Source of the DNA: a bacterium
Lineage (GTDB): Bacteria; SAR324; NAC60-12
Assembly: GCA_965209155.1 (NCBI GenBank)
Contig: OZ242383.1
Coordinates: 3,680,001-3,744,000, forward strand
Reading direction: 5' to 3'
Length of the DNA: 64,000 nucleotides
Program-made: the position numbers and the translations under genes
Shown: positions 30,250 to 39,523 of the stretch, piece after piece
How the letters are laid out: each line of letters opens with the position of its first letter
Position numbering within the stretch: the first letter of the stretch is position 1
The notes under the pieces: model-generated
The model's input: only the letters and a program-made list of their open reading frames with translations
Database searches by the model: none
What the model was told of the DNA's origin: nothing

Positions 30250-31785
30250 CTATGGTTGAGAAACAAGCTTTTTATCTTGAGGAGAATCGGTTTCCATTGC
30301 CGGTGGCATGATCGTTATCGTCGTTTTGGAAATTGGGGTTACGCAATCGGGAAGCCTGAAAGAAAAGCGCACTCCTGATTTTTGAGGAAGGTTTTCCGCT
30401 CTAATTCGTCCGCCATGGGCTTCTATTATTTTTTTACAAATGGTGAGACCCAATCCCGTCCCTTCCGCTTTGCCCACGCTATGGAAAGGACGGAAAAGAT
30501 TACTGAGAACGGAATCAGGAATGGGATAACCATTGTCTGTCACCGCAATGGTCATTCCCGAGTCTTCATCGGGGATGAATTCTACTAGAATTCTACCTTT
30601 TTCCTCTTCCAGCTTCTCCCAAGCATTCTTTACCAGATTGACAATGACGCGAATGATTTTATTGTCGTCGATATTCAAGATCAAATCCCGATCTCGAGGA
30701 TATTGATACTGGATAGGAATGTCGGCAATCAATCCCAAATTCACTTCGAGTTGATTCACGCAGTCATGGAGTCGGTGTTGTCCGATCCTCAGTTCGGTTT
30801 TGCCCTTGGCAAATTCCAGGATATCATTGGTGAGCCCGCTGACTGTCGTCGAGGCGATTTTGATTCGCCGAATATACGTCAGACATCGATTCAAATCCAT
30901 CGCGTTGACAAATTCTTTATCCAGAGTTTTCAAAAGCAGTCCGACAAAGGAACCAATTGCCCCATTTGCATTGCCAATGTCGTGTCCGAACTCGGCCAGC
31001 GCGTGTCCCAATTCCACTAAGCGTCTCTCCTGTTCTTTGGCTCGTTCCAATGCCTCGATGGTTTTCTCTTTTTCAGCTTCAGATTGTTTGAGAGCCTCTA
31101 CCTTGTCGGCCAATTGTTCCTGAATTGATTGAAAGCGACTCCAGAGATCTTCCAGAATTTCTATCCTTCTTTCCAAAGGGCTTTGTTTCAAACGGGCATC
31201 GGGTAAATGGATGTCGGTGGTCTCCTGTTCCCGACGATATCTGGTAAATTGTTGGCACAATCGGTCAATAGGTTTGACCAATACCTGAATTTTGTTCCAG
31301 ACGACCAATCCCAGGATCAGAAACGTTGCTGCGAAACTGAAAAGAATTTGAAGCAATAGATGGGCAAAGGGATGCTCCATCAAAATCAGAGGACGGGTTG
31401 CTACAAGAACACCCTTGACCTGGTGCTTACCTACCGGAATGGCAAGAGAGAATTGGAAATTTTCAAGCTGATCAAAAAATAAATTGTTGGTTGTCGGTTC
31501 CGCGCTTCCGGTTTTATACTGCTTGATACTCCAATCCCGGTAAAGTAACTGAAATTCTCCAAATTGTCCGCTATCGAGTAATTTCTGAATTTCCCGGGAT
31601 TTTTCCGGATCTTTCTTTTCCAGTAACTCATTGATCGTTTGGGACAATTCATTGAGTTGGTTCAATGTCTCGGCAGGAATGACGCGTTGAGACGAAGGTC
31701 GTTCGAATAGCAAGAATGAGAGACCAAATACCCCCAAAAAGCACAGACCGGTCATCAAAAAGAAAGAGGACTTTTTCAACATCAT
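30250..31785 (-). CDS. Membrane sensor histidine kinase (orphan)
   Basis: Two TM segments; EFGHDIGN H-box, NLVKNA, DNG, GTGLGL. Confidence 0.88.
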   Translation of the reverse strand: MMLKKSSFFLMTGLCFLGVFGLSFLLFERPSSQRVIPAETLNQLNELSQTINELLEKKDPEKSREIQKLLDSGQFGEFQLLYRDWSIKQYKTGSAEPTTNNLFFDQLENFQFSLAIPVGKHQVKGVLVATRPLILMEHPFAHLLLQILFSFAATFLILGLVVWNKIQVLVKPIDRLCQQFTRYRREQETTDIHLPDARLKQSPLERRIEILEDLWSRFQSIQEQLADKVEALKQSEAEKEKTIEALERAKEQERRLVELGHALAEFGHDIGNANGAIGSFVGLLLKTLDKEFVNAMDLNRCLTYIRRIKIASTTVSGLTNDILEFAKGKTELRIGQHRLHDCVNQLEVNLGLIADIPIQYQYPRDRDLILNIDDNKIIRVIVNLVKNAWEKLEEEKGRILVEFIPDEDSGMTIAVTDNGYPIPDSVLSNLFRPFHSVGKAEGTGLGLTICKKIIEAHGGRIRAENLPQKSGVRFSFRLPDCVTPISKTTITIMPPAMETDSPQDKKLVSQP

Positions 31786-31984
31786 TTTCGACCTCCTTGA
31801 CGAAAATTTCGTTGTCTCATCAAGCTTGTATTTGATCCTTAGAAATAACTCAAGTTTTCGTAATAGAATTAATTTTGTTCAGAACTTCAAATGCTCATTC
31901 AGCGATTCAAACTTGAATTAATTTGAAATTGTGATTTTTTCTGAAAAAATCGTTTCATTAAACCACAAAGTCAAAAAAAATTGA

Positions 31985-33298
31985 ATGAAAAAGGAACAAA
32001 TGAGTGATTACAAAATAGCAGATATCTCCCTGGCAAATTGGGGCCGTAAAGAAATTGCGATTGCGGAAAATGAGATGCCGGGTTTGATGGAACTGCGCAA
32101 GGAATACGGACCATCCAAGCCGTTGGCAGGAGCGCGAATCACGGGATCTTTGCATATGACGATTCAAACTGCTGTTTTGATTGAGACACTGCTTGCCTTG
32201 GGAGCCGAGGTCCGCTGGTCATCCTGTAATATTTTTTCCACGCAAGACCACGCTGCCGCCGCAATGGCAGTGCGGGGCATTCCGGTTTTCGCCTGGAAAG
32301 GGGAAACGGAGGAAGAATATTGGTGGTGCATTGAGCAAACATTGCAATGGTCTCATGGGAAAGGCCCCAACTTGCTCCTGGATGATGGTGGAGACCTGAC
32401 CGGAGTGGTCCATGATCAATTTCCGGATCTGTTACCCGATATCCGTGGACTGTCAGAAGAAACCACCACGGGAGTGCGCCGCCTATACCAGATGGCGCAG
32501 CGTAATGAATTGAAAATGCCTGCCTTCAACGTCAATGATTCGGTCACAAAAAGTAAGTTTGACAACTTGTATGGTTGCCGGGAATCTCTCATCGATGGGA
32601 TCCGAAGGGCAACGGATGTGATGATATCGGGAAAAATTGCGGTCGTTGCCGGTTACGGAGACGTGGGTAAAGGTTGCGCCCAATCCTTGAGAGGAGCCGG
32701 AGCCAGGGTGCTTGTGACAGAAATCGATCCCATTTGCGCATTGCAAGCAGCCATGGAAGGATTTGAAGTCGTACGCATGTCGGATGCTGCTGCCATTGGA
32801 GATATTTTTGTCACCGCAACCGGCTGTGCGCAAGTGATACGTCGAGAACACCTGGATGCGATGAAACATCAAGCCATTGTCTGCAATATTGGACATTTTG
32901 ACGTCGAAATTACTGTGGATGCTTTGACTACTGACTCGAATTTAATTAAAAAGGAAAACATCAAACCTCAAGTGGACCAGTTTATTTGGCCCGACGGTAA
33001 GCGAATTACGCTTCTGGCAGAAGGAAGACTCGTCAATCTGGGTTGCGCCACCGGACATCCCAGCTTTGTGATGTCAGCCAGTTTCACCAATCAGGTGATG
33101 GCGCAAATCGAACTTTGGCGAAATCATGCCAAGTATGATAACCGGGTTTATGTGCTTCCAAAAATCCTGGACGAAAAAGTCGCTCGCTTGCATTTGGCGA
33201 AGCTCGGCGTAAAACTGGAGACCTTGACCGACGAACAAGCAAATTACCTGGAAGTCACCAAGGGAGGGCCCTACAAACCGGATTATTATCGATATTGA
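31985..33298 (+). CDS. ahcY: S-adenosylhomocysteine hydrolase
   Basis: [49 protein letters not shown]. Confidence 0.98.
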   Translation: MKKEQMSDYKIADISLANWGRKEIAIAENEMPGLMELRKEYGPSKPLAGARITGSLHMTIQTAVLIETLLALGAEVRWSSCNIFSTQDHAAAAMAVRGIPVFAWKGETEEEYWWCIEQTLQWSHGKGPNLLLDDGGDLTGVVHDQFPDLLPDIRGLSEETTTGVRRLYQMAQRNELKMPAFNVNDSVTKSKFDNLYGCRESLIDGIRRATDVMISGKIAVVAGYGDVGKGCAQSLRGAGARVLVTEIDPICALQAAMEGFEVVRMSDAAAIGDIFVTATGCAQVIRREHLDAMKHQAIVCNIGHFDVEITVDALTTDSNLIKKENIKPQVDQFIWPDGKRITLLAEGRLVNLGCATGHPSFVMSASFTNQVMAQIELWRNHAKYDNRVYVLPKILDEKVARLHLAKLGVKLETLTDEQANYLEVTKGGPYKPDYYRY

Positions 33299-33367
33299 AA
33301 GGGCGATTGTAAAAGTCATCACCACCGGCAGAGCCGGTGGCTTGAAGAGGCCCCCAGGATGGGGGCA

Positions 33368-33409
33368 AAACGTGTTCGTCATCGTAAGACGTGCTCGTGC
33401 TCGTGAACG
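33368..33409. repeat. Left 42-nt inverted arm (CGT-periodic)
   Basis: aaacgtgttcgtcatcgtaagacgtgctcgtgctcgtgaacg, complementary to 33771..33812. Confidence 0.9.
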
Positions 33410-33421
33410 AAAAAGGCTGCC

Positions 33422-33769
33422 ATGTTAGATCATGAAAAACTCGATGTATACCAATGTTCCATCGAATTTTTAGCGTTTTCTGTCCAAGTCATCGAAACAT
33501 TGCCAAAAGGATACTCAGCCTTAGTTGACCAACTGAAAAGGGCCTCATGGTCGATTCCTCTCAATATCGCAGAAGGCTGTGGAAAAAGTTCCCTTCCTGA
33601 CAAGCAACGATTCTATGCGTTTGCCCGAGGTTCCGCAATGGAATGCGCTGCTATTCTCGATGTTTTAAACGTGTTGAAGATCATCCAGCCTCCTTTATTT
33701 GACGAAGGGAAACAGTTACTTCATCGCATTGTTTCTATGTTAACCAATATGTGCCGTCGAATTCACTGA
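33422..33769 (+). CDS. Four helix bundle protein (23S rRNA IVS protein / bAvd-like family)
   Basis: HEKLDVYQ...DQLKRASWSIPLNIAEG...FYAFARGSAMECAAILD. Confidence 0.92.
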   Translation: MLDHEKLDVYQCSIEFLAFSVQVIETLPKGYSALVDQLKRASWSIPLNIAEGCGKSSLPDKQRFYAFARGSAMECAAILDVLNVLKIIQPPLFDEGKQLLHRIVSMLTNMCRRIH

Positions 33770-33770
33770 C

Positions 33771-33812
33771 CGTTCACGAGCACGAGCACGGCTAACGGAC
33801 ACGGATACGTTT
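33771..33812. repeat. Right 42-nt inverted arm
   Basis: cgttcacgagcacgagcacggctaacggacacggatacgttt. Confidence 0.9.
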
Positions 33813-33888
33813 CTCATGTCTGACCGGCAAAGCCTATTAGGTTCGCACCAGCAGAGCTGGTGGTTTAATGAGATTAATTATTTAGATT

Positions 33889-34470
33889 ATGGTTCCAAAA
33901 GATTTGAAGAAACACACTATTCGACAAGCAATGTTGCAACGGCGGGACCGATTTCCTGCTCATGAATGGAAACAATGCTCTCAACAGATTTATACTCATC
34001 TGTGGCAATGGTCGGTTTTTCGAAATGCGAGAGTTGTTCATATTTATGTCAACATGCGCCGGGAAGTGGAAACAAAGTCAATAATCCAGCACTGTTGGCA
34101 CACTGGAAAAACAGTCGTCGTACCTTATCTCGTGCCTCAATCTTCCGAGCTGGGGTATTCGATTTTAAGTGAATTTGATCAACTATTTACGGGCACCTTC
34201 GACTTGCGGGAACCTCTCCCCGAAACTCGGGAACCGGTCGATTTGGAAAGCATCGATCTGGTGATCGTCCCTGGTGTGGTATTTGATAGAAAGGGAGGTA
34301 GGCTGGGACATGGGAGAGGGTATTATGACAGATTTTTATCCGGATTCGTTGCCTTCTTGTTGGGGATTTGTTTTTCCTTTCAGGTCATACGCGAGCTCCC
34401 GCAAAGCAGTCATGACGTTCCCATGCATGAAATATTGACCGAGGAGGGATTTGTTTTCGACTCCGGCTAA
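33889..34470 (+). CDS. fau: 5-formyltetrahydrofolate cyclo-ligase
   Basis: IVPGVVFDRKGGRLGHGRGYYDRFL, HDVPM...TE. Confidence 0.93.
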   Translation: MVPKDLKKHTIRQAMLQRRDRFPAHEWKQCSQQIYTHLWQWSVFRNARVVHIYVNMRREVETKSIIQHCWHTGKTVVVPYLVPQSSELGYSILSEFDQLFTGTFDLREPLPETREPVDLESIDLVIVPGVVFDRKGGRLGHGRGYYDRFLSGFVAFLLGICFSFQVIRELPQSSHDVPMHEILTEEGFVFDSG

Positions 34471-35498
34471 AGGGCCACGATTTTGTTTTCCACTTGCCGG
34501 AGCAAATTGAGATTATCTTCCAATTCATTGGCAATCATATCATTCAACCCCAAATCGACGCATTGCTGCGCTTGTTTGATAGCGATGCGAATGGTTTTGG
34601 CCTCGGAATTACCATGACAAATGATAACGGTTCCTCGAATTCCCAATAATGGCGCACCACCCCATCTTTTATAATCCGTCCGCTCCATCAATGCCCGAAA
34701 AGAATTCTTCATACCAGGAATGCTCAATTTTGCCAAAAAAGATCTGGATACCTCCTCCCGCAGGACTGCTTGAATGAAATCTGCTGTTCCCTCTGCCACC
34801 TTGAGGGTGATGTTTCCTATAAATCCGTCGCACACGATCACATCCACATTCCCTAGAAACATGTCTTTGCCTTCTATATTGCCTCGGAAATTGAGCGTAC
34901 TTTCCTTGAGCAAAGTGTAAGCTTCTTTGACTAAGAAGTTCCCTTTCCCTTCTTCTTCTCCGTTGTTCAAAAGGGCAATTTTGGGAAATTGATGATTAAA
35001 GAGTAACCTTGCGTATGCATCACCCATCAGGGCAAATTGGAGTAAATACTCTGGTTTACAGTCCGTGTTGGCACCCAAGTCCAGGATAACAAAAGGATTT
35101 TTCATAGAAGGCATGACCACTGCGATGGCAGGACGGTCAATGTGCTTGATGGCTTTCAAGACAAATTTTGCAGTAGCCATGGTGACTCCCGAATGGCCTG
35201 CTGAAACCACGGCATCCACTTCTTTATTTTTATGCAGATCCAAAGCGACCCGTATCGAGGAATCCTTTTTCTGTCGAAATACTTGAGCAGGAGACTCTTC
35301 GTTTTCCACAGTTTGCGAACAATTCACAATATGAAGTTTGCGATGGTCGTAGTGGTGTTTTTTCAGTTCTGCTTCCAATTCCGGTTGTTTGCCAACCAGG
35401 ATCACTTCTATGCCGTATTCATTGATTGCAGCCACGGCTCCCGCAATTGGAACGGCAGATGTGTAGTCACTTCCCATCGCATCGATCGCAATTGCCAT
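34467..35498 (-). CDS. plsX: Phosphate acyltransferase
   Basis: IAIDAMGSD, DLGAN, GEEEGKG, VCDGFIGN, GGAPLLG. Confidence 0.96.
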   Translation of the reverse strand: MAIAIDAMGSDYTSAVPIAGAVAAINEYGIEVILVGKQPELEAELKKHHYDHRKLHIVNCSQTVENEESPAQVFRQKKDSSIRVALDLHKNKEVDAVVSAGHSGVTMATAKFVLKAIKHIDRPAIAVVMPSMKNPFVILDLGANTDCKPEYLLQFALMGDAYARLLFNHQFPKIALLNNGEEEGKGNFLVKEAYTLLKESTLNFRGNIEGKDMFLGNVDVIVCDGFIGNITLKVAEGTADFIQAVLREEVSRSFLAKLSIPGMKNSFRALMERTDYKRWGGAPLLGIRGTVIICHGNSEAKTIRIAIKQAQQCVDLGLNDMIANELEDNLNLLRQVENKIVAL

Positions 35499-35542
35499 GA
35501 ATCTCCTTATTCGGCTCCTTGAAAAAAGTAGCTTTTCAAAAA

Positions 35543-35725
35543 CTAATTACTATCGATATCTAAAACAGCGATTCCTTTATAATAACCGCAATGTGGACAA
35601 ACCCGGTGGGGAAGGATCAGTGCGCGACAATTGGTGCAAACGCTCAATCCTGGTTCAGGCAATTTGATATGCGCCCTTCTTGAATTTCGCTTCCATTTTG
35701 ACGTTCTACGCTGAGGTACGGCCAT
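35543..35725 (-). CDS. rpmF: 50S ribosomal protein L32
   Basis: MAVPQRRTSK...CTNC...PHRVCPHCGYYKG; yceD-rpmF-plsX synteny. Confidence 0.96.
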   Translation of the reverse strand: MAVPQRRTSKWKRNSRRAHIKLPEPGLSVCTNCRALILPHRVCPHCGYYKGIAVLDIDSN

Positions 35726-35804
35726 GATACGCTCCAAAAAATTTGGAAATTTTTAAAAATTACTTCTCTTGCCGGCCCCATACCAGAGGAATCGGCTTTC
35801 TATG

Positions 35805-36329
35805 TTATTGAACTAAGCAAGAAAAAGGATGATCGCTATTCTCTGGTGGTGGACAAACACATGGATGATTGTTGAGATTATTGCCGCATTGGGCACAGAT
35901 TCCCTGACAATTCTCCGAACAAATCCTTTTCATTGGCAGTCCCAATAAAATCTGTTCTTCCACGATTTTTTGTAAATCCACATATTCACCTTGATAAATC
36001 CCCATTTCCAATTCCTCATCGGATAACATCATGTCCCCCTTCAACTCTTTTTCGGATTCTGCAGGAAACAAAGTCATCTCAAAAGGTTCTTTTTGAAAAA
36101 ATCGAAAGGGTTCCACACAGCGATCGCAACTCAAGATTAATTCTCCTTCGACTTCTCCCGTGACAAAAAAATATTGGCCGCGACGCGACAATTGGAGTCG
36201 ATACCGTACTCCGTGGGGTTGTTTCCCAATTGCAATGAGAAGTTCATCCATCATCTCAAATGGAATCATTCCATGAAATTGATGAGATTCCCCTTCGCCA
36301 ATATTTCGAATGCATACTTGCAAATCCAT
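35805..36329 (-). CDS. yceD: YceD/DUF177 family protein
   Basis: CDRC, LPMKRICSENCQGICAQCG; position upstream of rpmF. Confidence 0.9.
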   Translation of the reverse strand: MDLQVCIRNIGEGESHQFHGMIPFEMMDELLIAIGKQPHGVRYRLQLSRRGQYFFVTGEVEGELILSCDRCVEPFRFFQKEPFEMTLFPAESEKELKGDMMLSDEELEMGIYQGEYVDLQKIVEEQILLGLPMKRICSENCQGICAQCGNNLNNHPCVCPPPENSDHPFSCLVQ

Positions 36330-36395
36330 AAGCTTCTTTCAGTCTTTGTTCCAAGCAATGGAAGATTGCCCTCGTTGCTGAAGGAGATTGCTTGT

Positions 36396-36701
36396 TCAGT
36401 AACCCAATTCCGCTCGTCTATCATCTGCAGTGGGGAGAGGATCTTTCTTTTCCGTGATTACCGGGTATTTTTCACACATTTCCGCGTTGAGTTCCGTCCA
36501 TTCTTCCCATTTTTCGGGGACATCCACGTCTGCAAAAATGGCTTCTACGGGACATTCTTCTACACAGGCATTGCAGTCGATACAAGTTTCCGGATTGATA
36601 TAAAGCATTGTAGGTCCTTCATGGAAGGCTTCTACAGGACATACTTCTACACAGTCCGTATATTTGCAGTTGTTACAGTTATCAACGACAGTGTAAGTCA
36701 T
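36396..36701 (-). CDS. fdxA: FdxA-type ferredoxin
   Basis: CNNCKYTDCVEVCPV...CIDCNACVEECPVEAI. Confidence 0.93.
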   Translation of the reverse strand: MTYTVVDNCNNCKYTDCVEVCPVEAFHEGPTMLYINPETCIDCNACVEECPVEAIFADVDVPEKWEEWTELNAEMCEKYPVITEKKDPLPTADDRRAELGY

Positions 36702-36907
36702 GCTCGGCTCTCAACAGAAAAAAAATAAATTTCAATGGATTGAATGTTCATTGATGAACGATCAATGGTATGCCACACGGAGTATATCGTCGCTTTCGAT
36801 TGTGGTAAATAACGGTAATATAGGGCAACTTCGTTAAAGATGCAATGTTAATTACAGGGATACAAATCGGGGATAGGATACAAAACCAGCGAATCATGTA
36901 CCGGTTT

Positions 36908-36982
36908 TGGCTGGGGTGGCAGGGATCGAACCTGCGTATGACGGGATCAAAACCCGCTGCCTTACCGCTTGGCGACACCCCA
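36908..36982 (-). tRNA. tRNA-Gln(TTG)
   Basis: tggggtgtcgccaagcggtaaggcagcgggttTTGatcccgtcatacgcaggttcgatccctgccaccccagCCA cloverleaf with encoded CCA. Confidence 0.97.
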
Positions 36983-37324
36983 AATTTTCAAGTAATCTTA
37001 GTAGAATTTCTGAATGCAGTCAAGTTAAATGTCTCATAAAAGGTCTGAATCCTCCGTCTTGCAGACGGATAGAGAGCTTCAGTCAAAATGAGAATCGCCT
37101 TGAGATTTCCCAAGAAATCGAGTGGCCGCCAGTCACACGCCGGTAAAAATCTCGGATCTCGTGAACGGAAGCCCGCAATCGGAGCGGTGGTTGAATTTCA
37201 AAGCTTTTCGAAACAACCGGGAAAACCACTCCGACACCACTCTGGGGGACATGGTACCATACCTGACTGGCGAGCGGGAGTAGCTAAAAATGCGGATATC
37301 GTAGAGACTCCCTTGATACGCTTA

Positions 37325-38290
37325 CTATTTGAAAGGTGAGATCAATCGGGACAGGAGACCTCGTTTTCGTTTCACGGTTGTGCCATAACTTCCCTGTCCG
37401 CCTCGCAGCCGGGGATCGAGCAGGTCCCTGAGGGCGTCACCGAACATGTTGAGGGAGTAGACGGTAATCGTCAGGCAAAGCCCCGGCCAGAACGCCAGCC
37501 AGGGCGCTTGCTCCATGTACTTCCGCCCTTCCCGGCTGAGCAGACTCCCCCAACTGGGAATCTCGACGGGCAGCCCGTATCCGAGAAAGCTCAGCGAGGC
37601 CTCGGCAATGATGACACCACCAATGTTGATTGAGAAGACGATGAGGATCGGCGCCATAATATTGGGCAGGACATGGCGGACCAGGATTTGGGTCGTGGAG
37701 GTGCCCACGGCCCGGGCTGCCAGAAAATAGTCATTCTCTTTGACTCCAATCACCGCCCCTCGGACGACGCGGGAGCCCCCAATGCCTCCAGTGATGCCCA
37801 GCACCACGATGATCTGGAGGAGCCCCTCTCCCACAAGCGACATGATGGTCAACAAGAGCAGCAGTCCCGGGAAGGCCATCCAGGCATCGACAAAGCGCTG
37901 CACCGCCAAGTCCACTTTCCCTCCCAGGAATCCGGAAGTGACGCCGATCAGGACTGCGACGAGCACATTGAGCGTGGTCGCGGCCAGACCGACCAGCATG
38001 GAAACCCGAGCCCCGAAGATCAGACGGCTCAACAAGTCTCGCCCGATATGGTCTGTCCCCAGCAGATACTGGACGGATGAGCCCGTCATCCGGTCTCTCA
38101 GGTGCATTTCATCAAAGGGATAAGGCGCCAGCGCATCGGCAAAGAGCGCCACCAGAATCAAGAGCAAGACGATCACACCGCAGGCCGTCCCCAGGGGCTG
38201 CTCCTTGAGCAGCCTGAACAGGAAATCCGCCAGCCGTCCCCGTCGCTTGGGCTCAATAATTTCGATTGGTATCTCTGTTGTATCCTTCAT
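37325..38290 (-). CDS. ABC permease, DppC/OppC-like
   Basis: LGTDHIGRD, GDALRDLLDPRLRGG; paralog of 5439..6365. Confidence 0.93.
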   Translation of the reverse strand: MKDTTEIPIEIIEPKRRGRLADFLFRLLKEQPLGTACGVIVLLLILVALFADALAPYPFDEMHLRDRMTGSSVQYLLGTDHIGRDLLSRLIFGARVSMLVGLAATTLNVLVAVLIGVTSGFLGGKVDLAVQRFVDAWMAFPGLLLLLTIMSLVGEGLLQIIVVLGITGGIGGSRVVRGAVIGVKENDYFLAARAVGTSTTQILVRHVLPNIMAPILIVFSINIGGVIIAEASLSFLGYGLPVEIPSWGSLLSREGRKYMEQAPWLAFWPGLCLTITVYSLNMFGDALRDLLDPRLRGGQGSYGTTVKRKRGLLSRLISPFK

Positions 38291-38350
38291 GTTATAAGTC
38301 TCTTCCCTCTATGGTAGCTTCAGAGGTTTTAATGGACGGACAGAGTTTTT

Positions 38351-38469
38351 ACCCACCACCCTCCTCCGGAGATACCCCTCCAAGGAGGGGGATTCTCGAA
38401 TCCTTCTTTAAGTAGAAAGAGAGACAATCCCCTCTTGGGCGGGGTGGACGCGAAGCGGTCGGGGTGGGT
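38351..38469. repeat. REP-like palindromic element between the permease genes
   Basis: Outer acccacc/ggtgggt, inner ccccctcc-aa-ggaggggg hairpin and a related second hairpin. Confidence 0.6.
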
Positions 38470-39429
38470 CTATTCATACCTAACTCTCGGGTCCAAGTAA
38501 GCATAAATCAGGTCGATCATGAGATTGATTCCCACCACTGTAGTGGCGAAGAGCAGGTTGATTCCGGAGACCAGTGGGTAGTCTCGGGTTTCGAGGGCAT
38601 CCAGCATGAGCCTTCCTAACCCTGGCAGGTTGAAAATGTTCTCCATGATCACGGCGCCGCCGATCAGGATCGGCAACTGCAGACCGATCAGGGACACCAC
38701 TGGGATGAGGGCATTTTTGATGGCGTGCCGGATCACCACGATCCGCTCCTTGAGCCCCTTGGACCAGGCGGTGCGGATATAGTCCTGCCGCAGCACCTCG
38801 AGCATCATGGTACGTGTCATCCGCATGGTGGCGGCCGCTGAGGCCGTCCCCAGAATCAGGCTGGGAATGAGGAGCATCCCCAGATTGCCCAGCGGGTCTT
38901 CGGAGAAAGGAATCAGTTGCATCGGGGGCGACCAGGACCACCAGAGGGCCGGGTAAATCATGACCATCAGTGCCAGCCAGAAGTTCGGTGTGGCCAGGCC
39001 GATGATGGCGAAGGAGCGCCCCAGGTAGTCGGCGGCCGTATTCTGACGAATCGCCGAGTAGATGCCCACCGGCAGCGCGATCAGGAATCCAACGACGAGG
39101 GCCAGAACGCCCAGCTCCAGGGTGACGGGCAGTCTGGCTAGGATCTGTTCTTCGATGGTGAAACCACCGAGCAATGAGTCACCCAGGGTACCGTGCAGCA
39201 AAATACCCCCCACCCAGCGGCCATACTGCACGTGGACCGGCACGTCCAGTCCGAGCTTACGCTCGAGCGCTTCACGGTCTATATCGCCGGCACCCATGTA
39301 CGCCAAATCTCCAATCATGACGTCGATGATATCGCCGGGGATGAAGCGGACCGAGAGAAAGACAAGAATCGTAACGATGAACAGCGTGGGGATCATGAGC
39401 AGTATCCTCCTGGTGATATACGCGCTCAT
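38470..39429 (-). CDS. ABC permease, DppB/OppB-like
   Basis: MSAYITRRIL, QDYIRTAWSKGL, YAYLDPRVRY; paralog of 6417..7388. Confidence 0.93.
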   Translation of the reverse strand: MSAYITRRILLMIPTLFIVTILVFLSVRFIPGDIIDVMIGDLAYMGAGDIDREALERKLGLDVPVHVQYGRWVGGILLHGTLGDSLLGGFTIEEQILARLPVTLELGVLALVVGFLIALPVGIYSAIRQNTAADYLGRSFAIIGLATPNFWLALMVMIYPALWWSWSPPMQLIPFSEDPLGNLGMLLIPSLILGTASAAATMRMTRTMMLEVLRQDYIRTAWSKGLKERIVVIRHAIKNALIPVVSLIGLQLPILIGGAVIMENIFNLPGLGRLMLDALETRDYPLVSGINLLFATTVVGINLMIDLIYAYLDPRVRYE

Positions 39430-39523
39430 TCCCCACACCTCATCGTTGTTCGGTTTAGATGGGACGACGGCCTTCCGCCACCATCCCACCATTCAATATC
39501 CTGTTACTGCGTCTGAGCAGGTA

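Larger units (their letters stand above)
33322..33863 (+). mobile_element. Non-autonomous IS200/IS605- or REP-like element carrying a four-helix-bundle cassette
   Basis: Related hairpins ccaccggcagagccggtgg (33322-40) and caccagcagagctggtgg (33846-63) bracket the cassette. Confidence 0.55.

Noticed and set aside
31790..31985. SAH/SAM riboswitch upstream of ahcY
   Set aside because: AT-rich with no consensus motif visible
33422..33769. Diversity-generating retroelement (Avd-like gene plus the 63-bp repeat pair as TR/VR)
   Set aside because: No reverse transcriptase in the window; the repeats differ at one site only and are 15 kb away
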